From contig JAIRQE010000001.1 in the NCBI GenBank assembly GCA_031256725.1, positions 1-18,576 on the forward strand: a stretch of DNA of 18,576 bases. The letters run 5' to 3'. The stretch's first letter is position 1. Each line of letters starts with the position of its first letter. The translations under genes and the position numbers were made by a program. Source of the stretch: Propionibacteriaceae bacterium (GTDB lineage: Bacteria > Actinomycetota > Actinomycetes > Propionibacteriales > Propionibacteriaceae). Shown in pieces: positions 9,136 to 17,901 of this stretch. The notes under the pieces were generated by a model, which saw nothing but the letters and a program-made list of their open reading frames with translations, ran no database searches and was not told where the DNA came from.

Positions 9136-11763
9136 TTAGCGCAGTGCTGCTTGTGCTGCTGCCAGACGTGCGATCGGTACACGGAAAGGCGAGCAGGAGA
9201 CATACTGCAATCCAACTCGGTGACAGAACTCGACAGACGAAGGGTCGCCGCCGTGCTCACCACAGATACCGAGCTTGATGTCGGGGCGGGTCTTGCGACC
9301 CAATTCGACGGACATCTCAACGAGCTTGCCAACACCAGTCTGGTCGAGGCGCTCGAAAGGATCATTTTCGTAGATCTTCGTGTCGTAGTAGGCGTCAAGG
9401 AACTTCCCGGCGTCATCACGAGAGAACCCGAAGGTCATCTGAGTCAGGTCGTTGGTACCAAAGGAGAAGAACTCAGCCTCGGTGGCGATCTGGTCTGCGG
9501 TCAAAGCAGCGCGTGGGATCTCGATCATCGTACCCACCATGTACTTCAACTCAATGCCCGACTCGGCAATGATGCGGTCAGCGGTTTCGGTGATGATCGC
9601 CTTAACGAAGGCCAATTCCTTGACCTCACCAACGAGGGGAACCATGATCTCCGGGACGATTGTCCACTGCGGGTTGCGCTTTTGTACATTGATCGCAGCT
9701 TCGATGATGGCCCGTGTCTGCATGGCGCCAATCTCGGGATAGGTTACATCAAGGCGGCAGCCACGGTGACCCATCATCGGGTTGAACTCATGGAGGGAGG
9801 CGATCTTGGCGACGAGATCCTCGACACTGATCTTCATTTCGGCAGCGAGGGCCTTAATGTCAGCCTCATCAGTGGGGAGGAACTCATGCAGAGGCGGATC
9901 CAGGAGACGTACAGTCACAGGCTGGCCCTCCATGGCTTCGTAGATTCCCTCGAAGTCGCCACGCTGCATCGGCAGGAGCTTCGCCAATGCGGCTTCGCGC
10001 TGCTCAACAGTGTCAGCAACAATCATCTCGCGGATAGCGGCAATACGGTCAGCCTCGAAGAACATGTGCTCTGTACGGCATAGCCCGATACCTTCAGCAC
10101 CGAACTCCATGGCCTGACGTGCGTCAGCAGGGGTGTCGGCGTTCGTACGTACCTTCAAGGTACGGTACTGGTTGGCCCAGCCCATGATGCGTGCGAAGTC
10201 GCCACCGATCTCAGCGGGGACTGTCTTGATCTGCTCGCCGTAGACGTTTCCTGTGGAACCATCCAGGGAGATCCAGTCGCCCTCTTTGTACTCCTTGCCA
10301 CCGAGGGTGAAGGACTGCTCATCGGCGCCGAAGCGGATTTCGCCGAGGCCGGCAACGCAACATGTACCCATGCCACGAGCAACAACGGCTGCGTGGGAGG
10401 TCATACCACCGCGAGCGGTGAGGATGCCCTTGGCGTGGTGCATACCTTCGATGTCCTCAGGGGAGGTTTCGAGGCGAACCAGGATGACATCCTTGCCGGC
10501 CTTGACTGTCCACTCCGTAGCTGTTTCAGCAGTGAAGACGACCTGACCGGTCGCAGCACCAGGGGAGGCGGGAAGACCCTTGCCAATCGGGGAGGCAGCC
10601 TTGAGCTCCTTAACGTCGAACTGTGGGTGAAGGAGAGCGTCGAGCTGCTTGGGATCAATCATGGTGACGGCCTTCTTCTCGTCGATCATTCCCTCGTCAA
10701 CAAGGTCTGATGCGATACGGAAGGCAGCCGCCGCTGTACGCTTCCCGTTTCGGGTCTGCAGCATGTAGAGGGTTCCATCTTCGATGGTGAACTCCATATC
10801 CTGCATGTCACGATAGTGGGCTTCAAGCTTGCCGACAATGGCGAGGAACTGGTTGTAGACCTCGGCGTTGACATCCTTGAGCTTGTCAATGTTTTCTGGG
10901 GTACGAATACCCGCGACAACATCCTCGCCCTGAGCGTTCATAAGGAACTCACCGAAGAGACCCTTCTCGCCTGTTGAAGGGTTGCGTGAGAATGCTACGC
11001 CCGTACCAGAGGTGTCACCGAGGTTGCCGAAGACCATGGATTGCACGTTGACAGCCGTACCCCAGTCGGAGGGGATGTCGTTCATGCGGCGGTAGTACAC
11101 GGCGCGCGGGTTGTTCCAGGAACGGAAGACGGCCCTGATTGCGCCAAACATCTGCTCAATCGGATCGGAGGGGAAGTCAGCGCCGATCTTGGACTTGTAT
11201 TCAGCCATGAACTGGTAGGTGAGTTCCTTGAGGTCCTCAGCAGTCAGATCCACATCAAGGGAGACTCCACGGGCTTCCTTCATCTCGTCAATGAGGCGCT
11301 CGAAGTAGGCCTTACCGACCTCCATGACGACATCGGAGTACATCTGAATGAAGCGGCGGTAGGAATCCCAAGCCCAACGCGGGTTGCCCGACTTGGCGAT
11401 GAGTGTTTCGACGACTGTTTCGTTCATACCGAGGTTGAGGATGGTGTCCATCATGCCCGGCATGGATGCACGTGAGCCGGAGCGTACCGAAACCAACAGC
11501 GGGTTATCCGCATCACCGAACTTCTTGCCCTGCTCGGCTTCAAGAATTGCGACATGTTTCAAGATCTCGGCACGGATGGCCTCAGAAATTGTCTCCCCAT
11601 CGTTGTAATACTGGGTGCATGCTTCGGTCGTAATCGTGAACCCTTGGGGGACCGGCATCCCCAGTTTGGTCATCTCGGCGACGTTTGCACCCTTGCCACC
11701 CAGTAGGTTCCGCATAGAGGCGTCGCCCTCTTTGAAATCATAGACAAATTTCTTCTCAGCCAT
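9136..11763 (-). CDS. ppdK: Pyruvate, phosphate dikinase
   Basis: 875 aa from ATG 11763-11761 (MAEKKFVYDFKEGDASMRNLLGGKGANVAEMTKLGMPVPQGFTITTEAC). The phospho-histidine loop is GGMTSHAAVVARGMG. The PEP-utilising C-terminal signature is GICGEHGGDPSS. The 53 Arg-rich codons upstream in the track ORF (to 11922) look like a spurious extension. Confidence 0.95.
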   Translation of the reverse strand: MAEKKFVYDFKEGDASMRNLLGGKGANVAEMTKLGMPVPQGFTITTEACTQYYNDGETISEAIRAEILKHVAILEAEQGKKFGDADNPLLVSVRSGSRASMPGMMDTILNLGMNETVVETLIAKSGNPRWAWDSYRRFIQMYSDVVMEVGKAYFERLIDEMKEARGVSLDVDLTAEDLKELTYQFMAEYKSKIGADFPSDPIEQMFGAIRAVFRSWNNPRAVYYRRMNDIPSDWGTAVNVQSMVFGNLGDTSGTGVAFSRNPSTGEKGLFGEFLMNAQGEDVVAGIRTPENIDKLKDVNAEVYNQFLAIVGKLEAHYRDMQDMEFTIEDGTLYMLQTRNGKRTAAAAFRIASDLVDEGMIDEKKAVTMIDPKQLDALLHPQFDVKELKAASPIGKGLPASPGAATGQVVFTAETATEWTVKAGKDVILVRLETSPEDIEGMHHAKGILTARGGMTSHAAVVARGMGTCCVAGLGEIRFGADEQSFTLGGKEYKEGDWISLDGSTGNVYGEQIKTVPAEIGGDFARIMGWANQYRTLKVRTNADTPADARQAMEFGAEGIGLCRTEHMFFEADRIAAIREMIVADTVEQREAALAKLLPMQRGDFEGIYEAMEGQPVTVRLLDPPLHEFLPTDEADIKALAAEMKISVEDLVAKIASLHEFNPMMGHRGCRLDVTYPEIGAMQTRAIIEAAINVQKRNPQWTIVPEIMVPLVGEVKELAFVKAIITETADRIIAESGIELKYMVGTMIEIPRAALTADQIATEAEFFSFGTNDLTQMTFGFSRDDAGKFLDAYYDTKIYENDPFERLDQTGVGKLVEMSVELGRKTRPDIKLGICGEHGGDPSSVEFCHRVGLQYVSCSPFRVPIARLAAAQAALR

Positions 11764-12040
11764 CGTGACTCTGAATCTCCTTGAATCTGTGCTCCCATGT
11801 GCTCGTGAGGCCACCGCAAGCGCGAGGCGTGGGCGGGACCGTCGGTGTCGGTGGAGCATGATCCGACATCGAATATGCGCTCCCCTAACTCTACCCTCTT
11901 TGAGGGAGTACTGTCGCCTCAAACAGGGTCAGTGTCCGTGGTTGCACATATGCTCTCGTGAAAAGCAAATCTCTGGTCACCTTAAAAGATATCTCTATGG
12001 TTAATCATAAACCGCTCGTGGAGGGGAGTAGCCTTGGGGT

Positions 12041-14947
12041 ATGAGTACCTCACGGTTGCTTGGCTTGGATCCCGAGCAGGTTTTGACTGCCCCCATTGAT
12101 CTGCATGCACGCGCCCACGATGCTTCCCATTTCCTGCTCTACCCTCAGGTAATTGCGGTACCGCGCAATGCCGATGATGTTGCTCGCCTCCTGCGTTCCT
12201 GCGCAGCCTCGGGGACCTGCGTCACCTTTCGTTCCGGCGGTACCTCCCTGTCTGGCCAGGCGTCAACAGATGCTGTGTTAGCCGATGTCCGCCACCATTT
12301 CGATGGGATCGAGATTCTCGACAATGGTTTACGGGTACGAGTGGAGCCCGGGGTTACCGTGAATCGCGTCAACGCACATCTGGCTCCATATGGTCGCCAG
12401 ATCGGGCCCGATCCTGCAAGTTCAGCTGCGTGTACGATCGGTGGAGTTGTGGCCAATAACTCTTCGGGGATGGCCTGTGGTACCACGGAGAACTCCTATC
12501 GGACTCTGGAATCTATGGTTGTGGTCTTGGCTTCGGGTACGGTCATTGACACGGGTGCTTCTGATGCGGATGAGAAGTTACGCATGATGGAGCCCGCTTT
12601 GTACCGCGGGTTGGTTGAGTTGAGGGAGAGGATTCTGTCCAATTCGACGTCGGTTGCTGTGATCACCCAACAGTTCTCTATGAAAAACACAATGGGGTAC
12701 GGGTTGAATTCCTTCCTTGACTATTCGACGCCTGCTCAGATTCTGGCCCATCTGATGGTGGGAAGTGAGGGGACCTTAGGGTTTATCGCTTCGGCCATTC
12801 TCCGTACAATATCCGTACGTCCTTACGTAGAGACCGGGCTGCTGGTTTTCCGGGATCTTCATGCAGCGAATCAAGCGTTACCGGATCTGGTGGCAACTGG
12901 TGCTGCGACCCTGGAGTTGATGGATGCAACCTCAATCGCAGTGGGTCAAGGATTGGCTGGCTGTCCTGATCAGATTCGCGGTATTCAACCCATATCGCAG
13001 GCAGCCCTGCTGGTGGAGTATCAGGCTGAGACTCCTGAAGAACTTGATGGATTGGTTAAAGGCGCTCGTGAAGTCCTGAGTGGATTGGATCTAGAGCAAC
13101 CTGGTGAACTGAGTCGTGACCCTAAGACCCGCAGTCAGTTATGGGTTTTACGGAAGGGATTGTACACCGCTGTCGCCTCAGCTCGACGAGTGGGTACCAC
13201 CGCCCTCCTTGAAGATGTGGTCGTACCAGTGGAGGCATTAGCTGACACATGTACCGAGTTGGGTGAGCTATTTGAGGAGTACTCCTATCCAGATTCGGTG
13301 ATTTTCGGACATGCCAAAGACGGAAACATCCACTTCATGATTACCGATGAGTTTGATAAGCAACTGGAACGGTACGAACGGTTTACCCAAGCTATGGTTG
13401 ATGTGGTCCTCAGCCATCAAGGGTCACTGAAAGCTGAGCATGGTACCGGTCGAGTCATGGCCCCCTTTGTACGGCAACAGTACGGCGATGAGCTCTTTGA
13501 TGTGATGTGTAAGGTGAAGCAACTCTTTGACCCGTGGGATGTTTTGAATGATGGGTCGGTGATTACCCATGATCCTCGCGCCCATGTGCGTCACATTAAG
13601 ACCGCTGTACCCGTGGATCCCTATGTGGATGCCTGTGTTGAATGTGGGTACTGTGAACCCATTTGTCCGGCTCATCATCTGACCTTGACTCCTCGGCAAC
13701 GCATCGCAGTACAACGGGAGATTGCTGGGGCCCGGCAACGAGGGGAAAACCACCTAGCCTCCTGTTTGGAGAGCGACTACCAGTACGCCGGTCTCCAGAC
13801 TTGTGCGGTTGATGGGATGTGTGGAACAGCCTGTCCGGTCGGGATCAATACCGGGTTCTTCGTCAAGAAAGCCCGGGCTAAGGTTGCTCCACGTCTCGCA
13901 CAAGGAGTGTGGGGATTAGCCGCACAACGATGGGCTGGTACCACTCATATTGCAAGTTTTGCCTTGTCAGCCGCCGATGATCTTGGATTCGCTGCCCCGG
14001 TGATAACGAAACTCAACCAACTTGGCAGAGCCGTACTTGGCAAGGATCAACTCCCCCTATGGTCACCCGACCTCCCCCAAGGAGGCCGATCCAGACAACG
14101 TCCTGAGCCAACTCGTGAACCCGCAGCCATCTATATCCCCGCCTGCGTAAACTCCATGTTCGGCCCTTCCTCAACATTGTGTACACAGGACTCTCAGTCA
14201 TCCTGCGCGCACCATAGTGAAGTCGCAGGATCCAGACATACGATGAGTTGTACATCTGCGATGAAATGTACTCCTATCAACCCCCAAGGAGTTCAAGCTG
14301 CTTTCGAGTCCCTGTGTGCCTGTGCTGGAATCACCCTTCTTGTACCAAGAAACATTGATGCTTTGTGCTGTGGCACCCCCTGGAGTTCCAAAGGTATGAC
14401 CCAGGGCTACGAGACTATGGCAGCCCGAGTCATCCCAACCCTCAAAACTGCCACCGACAACGGACGAATCCCTATCGTCTGTGATGCTTCCAGTTGTACC
14501 GAGGGACTCATGAGAATGCTCGCTGAAGAACCCGCCCTTCAAGTCATCGACTGTGTGGAGTTCGTTGCTGAGCGCATCCTGCCCCTACTCCCGCCAGCCC
14601 AGAAGGTGGACTCGATCACCCTTCACCCGACCTGCTCCTCGACCCAACTGGGACTCAACCCCCACATGGTCACCCTTGCAGAAGCCGCCGCTACCACGGT
14701 CAATCTTCCTGTTGATGCTGGATGTTGTGCCTTCGCCGGTGACCGAGGAATGCTTCATCCCGAACTCACCTATGCAGCCACAAGACCTGAAGCTTACGAG
14801 GTAGCTGCCCTCAACGCTGAGGTACACGCCTCCTGCAACCGTACCTGTGAGATCGGAATGACCCGAGCAACCGGTGAACCCTACCACCACATCCTCGAAA
14901 TACTGGCTTCAGTGATGAAAACGCTCTCCCCGACTCAAGGCCAATGA
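12041..14947 (+). CDS. FAD-binding oxidase fused to 4Fe-4S and cysteine-rich (CCG) domains; D-lactate/glycolate dehydrogenase-like (YdiJ / GlcD-GlcF fusion type)
   Basis: FAD_binding_4 region VTFRSGGTSLSGQ. FAD-oxidase C region KAEHGTGRVMAPF. Two ferredoxin clusters, CVECGYCEPICP and CAVDGMCGTACPVG. The C-terminal half has CCG-type motifs (ALCCGTPW, HPTCS, AGCCAFAGDRG). Confidence 0.9.
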   Translation: MSTSRLLGLDPEQVLTAPIDLHARAHDASHFLLYPQVIAVPRNADDVARLLRSCAASGTCVTFRSGGTSLSGQASTDAVLADVRHHFDGIEILDNGLRVRVEPGVTVNRVNAHLAPYGRQIGPDPASSAACTIGGVVANNSSGMACGTTENSYRTLESMVVVLASGTVIDTGASDADEKLRMMEPALYRGLVELRERILSNSTSVAVITQQFSMKNTMGYGLNSFLDYSTPAQILAHLMVGSEGTLGFIASAILRTISVRPYVETGLLVFRDLHAANQALPDLVATGAATLELMDATSIAVGQGLAGCPDQIRGIQPISQAALLVEYQAETPEELDGLVKGAREVLSGLDLEQPGELSRDPKTRSQLWVLRKGLYTAVASARRVGTTALLEDVVVPVEALADTCTELGELFEEYSYPDSVIFGHAKDGNIHFMITDEFDKQLERYERFTQAMVDVVLSHQGSLKAEHGTGRVMAPFVRQQYGDELFDVMCKVKQLFDPWDVLNDGSVITHDPRAHVRHIKTAVPVDPYVDACVECGYCEPICPAHHLTLTPRQRIAVQREIAGARQRGENHLASCLESDYQYAGLQTCAVDGMCGTACPVGINTGFFVKKARAKVAPRLAQGVWGLAAQRWAGTTHIASFALSAADDLGFAAPVITKLNQLGRAVLGKDQLPLWSPDLPQGGRSRQRPEPTREPAAIYIPACVNSMFGPSSTLCTQDSQSSCAHHSEVAGSRHTMSCTSAMKCTPINPQGVQAAFESLCACAGITLLVPRNIDALCCGTPWSSKGMTQGYETMAARVIPTLKTATDNGRIPIVCDASSCTEGLMRMLAEEPALQVIDCVEFVAERILPLLPPAQKVDSITLHPTCSSTQLGLNPHMVTLAEAAATTVNLPVDAGCCAFAGDRGMLHPELTYAATRPEAYEVAALNAEVHASCNRTCEIGMTRATGEPYHHILEILASVMKTLSPTQGQ

Positions 14948-15057
14948 GAAAAACACGCGAAGGAAAGTGAGAATGTCAGGAGATACGTTCCCTGACCCAC
15001 ATGGACCTTCATATCCAGGAATATAGAGTCGTCCTCTCGCACCAAGGACGAAGGACT

Positions 15058-16320
15058 ATGATCGACTGCGTAAGTACCTCAGAAACATCCATGGAACCGA
15101 CACCCGCTGCCTCGCTGTGGCGCGGGCGGTTAGCCCTACTCGCAGGGATCATCCTGATCGGGCTCAATGCGCGGATCATGGTGGCTGTGGTCTCGCCCAT
15201 CATCTCGATCATCATCGAGGAACTCCCGCTCACCCATGGCCACCAGGAACTCATCGGCTGGGCAGCCCCCGCAGTATTCGCGATCATGGGGATCCTCGCG
15301 CCACCCCTAGGACGACGGTACGGACTCGAAGCAATGATGGTTGTCTGTCTGGGGATCTCGGCCCTTGGAGAGATCGCACGCGCACTCGCGACAACACCAA
15401 ACCAATTCATCTGGTGGACGATCCCAGCCCTTGCTGGCGCAGGAATCGGCAACGTTTTGGTGCCCCCACTCATTCGTAAGTACTTCCCTGATCAGGTACC
15501 CGTCGTCACATCAATCTACACCCTCTTTGCAATGATCTCAGCCGCACTGCCGCCGCTCTTCATCCTCAACATCGCCCAGGCAACCGGATGGCGATTCTCG
15601 GTCGGAGTCTGGGGTGCGGCAGGACTCCTCGGCTTCCTGCCCTGGATGGTGATAATCTTCTCCTCAAGTCGCTCAGGTCATCGCATATCAGCAATCAAGC
15701 GCAGACTTGACCCTCGTACCGTAGTTGAAAGACCCCCACGCTTGGGTGTACCCATATGGAAAACCAAGGTCGCATGGGCGATGACAACGGTATTCGTCGT
15801 GAACTCACTGATCGCCTACACCATGTTCGCGTGGCTGCCACATGTACTGACCGAGGCCGGGATCTCACAGACCTCAGCTGCAATGTACCTCGCAATCTTC
15901 GCGATCGCACCCCTGCCAGGCGCCTTCATCACACCGATCCTCGCCGCGCGACTGAAACACGGCTGGATTCTGCCGGTTGTCTTCTCGGTTGCCTACGCGA
16001 TCTCTATGACATTCCTGGCATTTTGGCCCGCATTCCTCACACTGGCGTGGATCCTGCTCTCCCGCATCGGGGACTCCTTCTTCCCGTACATCATGACGAT
16101 GATCAACCTGCGTACGCGTACCACCCACGGTTCGATGGCCATGAGCGGATTCGTCCAATTCTTCGGGTACAGCCTCGCCTCCATCGGACCCATCGGCTTT
16201 GGGATCCTCTACACCGCCACTGGTACATGGCAGGTACCCATGACTGCGATTTTGGTACTACTGCCCATACAGTTTGTGGCTGGGATGATCGTTGCCCGGG
16301 CAGTACCCGTGGATGTGTGA
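15058..16320 (+). CDS. MFS transporter, CynX/YeaN-like (cyanate-permease family architecture)
   Basis: About 12 hydrophobic segments. The N-terminal region LLAGIILIGLNARIMVAVVSPIISIIIEELPLTHGHQELIGWAAPAVFAIMGILAPPLGRRYG resembles the CynX family. I prefer the start at ATG 15058 (AAGGACGAAGGAC upstream) over the track's 15001 (no SD). 15091 is also possible. Confidence 0.8.
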   Translation: MIDCVSTSETSMEPTPAASLWRGRLALLAGIILIGLNARIMVAVVSPIISIIIEELPLTHGHQELIGWAAPAVFAIMGILAPPLGRRYGLEAMMVVCLGISALGEIARALATTPNQFIWWTIPALAGAGIGNVLVPPLIRKYFPDQVPVVTSIYTLFAMISAALPPLFILNIAQATGWRFSVGVWGAAGLLGFLPWMVIIFSSSRSGHRISAIKRRLDPRTVVERPPRLGVPIWKTKVAWAMTTVFVVNSLIAYTMFAWLPHVLTEAGISQTSAAMYLAIFAIAPLPGAFITPILAARLKHGWILPVVFSVAYAISMTFLAFWPAFLTLAWILLSRIGDSFFPYIMTMINLRTRTTHGSMAMSGFVQFFGYSLASIGPIGFGILYTATGTWQVPMTAILVLLPIQFVAGMIVARAVPVDV

Positions 16321-16599
16321 TGGTCGAATTTGTGTTCGTGACTACCTAGAGTCCGTTGCGGCAACCGGTGATCCGACATCACGGGGTAAAGGACTGGCTC
16401 TTCCTCGAGAAGGGGCGAACCACTCTCTATAGCCTCAATGATGATGTGATAGTACCGGTATCACGTACAGTCATTCCGTGCGTTGACAGGTGTTCGGCCA
16501 CTTCTCTGGAACTCTGAACGCTGGCAGTTTCCAGCTTCTTGAGTTCTTGTCGTTGTGATCGCGCCTTCTGAACAAGTGGCATCGTCAGGTGAGAGTTCT

Positions 16600-16761
16600 A
16601 TGGCCACCACCTGGATATGGTGTCTGAGTAGGATGTCCCGAACTGAACTGGGTGACATTCTTGGAATTGGTTCAAGCACTACGAGCCAGAAGCTAAACGG
16701 CAAGGTCTCTTGGTCTTTCAAAGATATCTACCATGTCGCCCGTATTTCTCAATTCCTGTAA
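16600..16761 (+). CDS. Small XRE/Cro-like helix-turn-helix protein (53 aa), possibly a relic
   Basis: RMSRTELGDILGIGSSTTSQKLNGKVSWSFKDIYHVARI fits the HTH_XRE pattern (helix, G-turn, recognition helix, xxGK). ATG 16600 is preferred over the track's GTG 16555. It is short for the family and has no partner gene. Confidence 0.45.
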   Translation: MATTWIWCLSRMSRTELGDILGIGSSTTSQKLNGKVSWSFKDIYHVARISQFL

Positions 16762-16841
16762 ATTTCCTTATGCCCGAAATGGATGATATGAGACGATTCA
16801 TCCCTGCCACACTGCCGATTGAAGTGGGCCGTCATAATCTG

Positions 16842-16878
16842 CGCGCCTGGAGGGAGTCGAACCCCCAACCTTCTGAAC
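16842..16878 (-). tRNA. 3'-terminal tRNA gene fragment (variable region, T-arm, acceptor 3' strand, discriminator G) with no 5' half; probable att repeat of an integrative element
   Basis: The minus strand reads CAGAAGGTT-GGGGG-TTCGACT-CCCTC-CAGGCGC-G. That is a T-stem, a canonical TTCGAnT T-loop, the T-stem return, a 7-nt acceptor strand and a discriminator. Sequence 5' of it (16879 upward) is AT-rich and cannot form an anticodon stem, D-arm or matching GCGCCTG acceptor strand. The isotype cannot be assigned. Confidence 0.7.
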
Positions 16879-17034
16879 TATGGCTAACATCTTATAATAT
16901 TCGGAGGTTTTTATTCCGCGTAAGTCTTCTTTATTCCCCAGGGTTTCGACAACATTTCATACATAAATCCCACAATAATCATCAAATACCGCATATTTTG
17001 TATCCCATAATTCTTCGATACTTTGGAGGTACAA

Positions 17035-17895
17035 ATGCACGGACCCATGCCTCAACCGAGTTGGAGTCCCAAGTGGACTGCCATTCTTCAACTTTGGTCT
17101 GAGCACATGAAATGTCAAGGCCTCGCGGCAGAAACAGTCAAGTCTCGCATCGATACCATGAAACATGTTTCACGGATGCTTAAAACTGAGATTGAAAACG
17201 TTTCAACAGACCAACTCACTAAATGGGTGGCGCTACAGCAATGGGCGCCTGAAACTAGACGCCGCTACTATACAACGTTGAAACTGTTTTTCAGTTTCAG
17301 TGTTACCACACGAGCTGCACTGATCAACCCAGCTATAGACCTTCCTACTGTACGAATACCAAAACCGTACCCCCGCGCCATCCCAGATCCCATTCTTATC
17401 GCAGCCATTAATGAATGCGGAGACCGGCTCACACGACTTGTGCTTCTCATCGCCGCCGAAACCGGAGCGAGGCGAAGTGAAATCGCTCAAATTCAACCCA
17501 ACAGAGATTTGCTATATACGCATAATGGGTGGTCGTTGTATCTTCATGGGAAAGGGAATAAAAAACGCCTCGTGCCCATCACAAATCGCCTTGCTTCGGA
17601 GATCCGCAAGTGGTCTGGACAAGCCTCTAGATGGCTCTTTCCGTCAACTCAATCTACAACTGGACACCTCAGCCCATCACACATAGGAAAGCTTGCCTCA
17701 CGTAATCTCCCCGCAGGATGGACCCTTCATACCCTCCGGCATCGGTTTGCAACAATAGCGAATGAGCAAACAGGCGACCTAGCTGCATTACAGCAACTCC
17801 TGGGGCACGAATCCCTTGCAACCACCCAACGCTATGTCAATCCCAGCGACGCACGAATGCGGCGACTGGTCGATGCTGTCGCACTCGAAAGATAA
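17035..17895 (+). CDS. Tyrosine recombinase / phage-type integrase (XerC/D-like, 286 aa)
   Basis: Catalytic set: ETGARRSE (Arg I), HGKGNKKR (Lys), HTLRHRFAT (His-x-x-Arg), LLGHESLATTQRYV (His/Trp position and Tyr nucleophile). N-terminal SAM-like core-binding region. ATG 17035 sits 5 nt after GGAGG (17025-17029); the track start at 17023 is a TTG. Confidence 0.93.
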   Translation: MHGPMPQPSWSPKWTAILQLWSEHMKCQGLAAETVKSRIDTMKHVSRMLKTEIENVSTDQLTKWVALQQWAPETRRRYYTTLKLFFSFSVTTRAALINPAIDLPTVRIPKPYPRAIPDPILIAAINECGDRLTRLVLLIAAETGARRSEIAQIQPNRDLLYTHNGWSLYLHGKGNKKRLVPITNRLASEIRKWSGQASRWLFPSTQSTTGHLSPSHIGKLASRNLPAGWTLHTLRHRFATIANEQTGDLAALQQLLGHESLATTQRYVNPSDARMRRLVDAVALER

Positions 17896-17901
17896 CCCAT
17901 T

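Noticed and set aside
11764-11922. 53-codon N-terminal extension of the ppdK ORF
   Set aside because: The extension is Arg/His-rich (MLHRHRRSRPRLALAVASRAHG). The canonical PPDK N-terminus starts at the internal MAEKKFVYDF, which gives the normal ~875 aa length.
14141-14320. Ser/Cys/His-rich linker in the FAD/Fe-S oxidase (STLCTQDSQSSCAHHSEVAGSRHTMSCTSAMKC)
   Set aside because: It is probably just an inter-domain linker between the ferredoxin and CCG domains. I cannot tell without an alignment, and it is in frame with no sign of an insertion element.
14973-15026. 17-codon uORF (MSGDTFPDPHGPSYPGI) with a good AAGGAAAG SD between the oxidase and MFS genes
   Set aside because: It is too short to evaluate and has no recognisable leader-peptide logic. 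I kept it only as a note because it overlaps the track's 15001 start for the MFS gene.
16710-17102. 130-aa + ORF spanning the tRNA fragment and the int promoter region; also 16461-16721 - (86 aa)
   Set aside because: The first runs across the tRNA-derived sequence and into int in another frame. The second is antisense to the HTH ORF. Neither has motifs or an SD.
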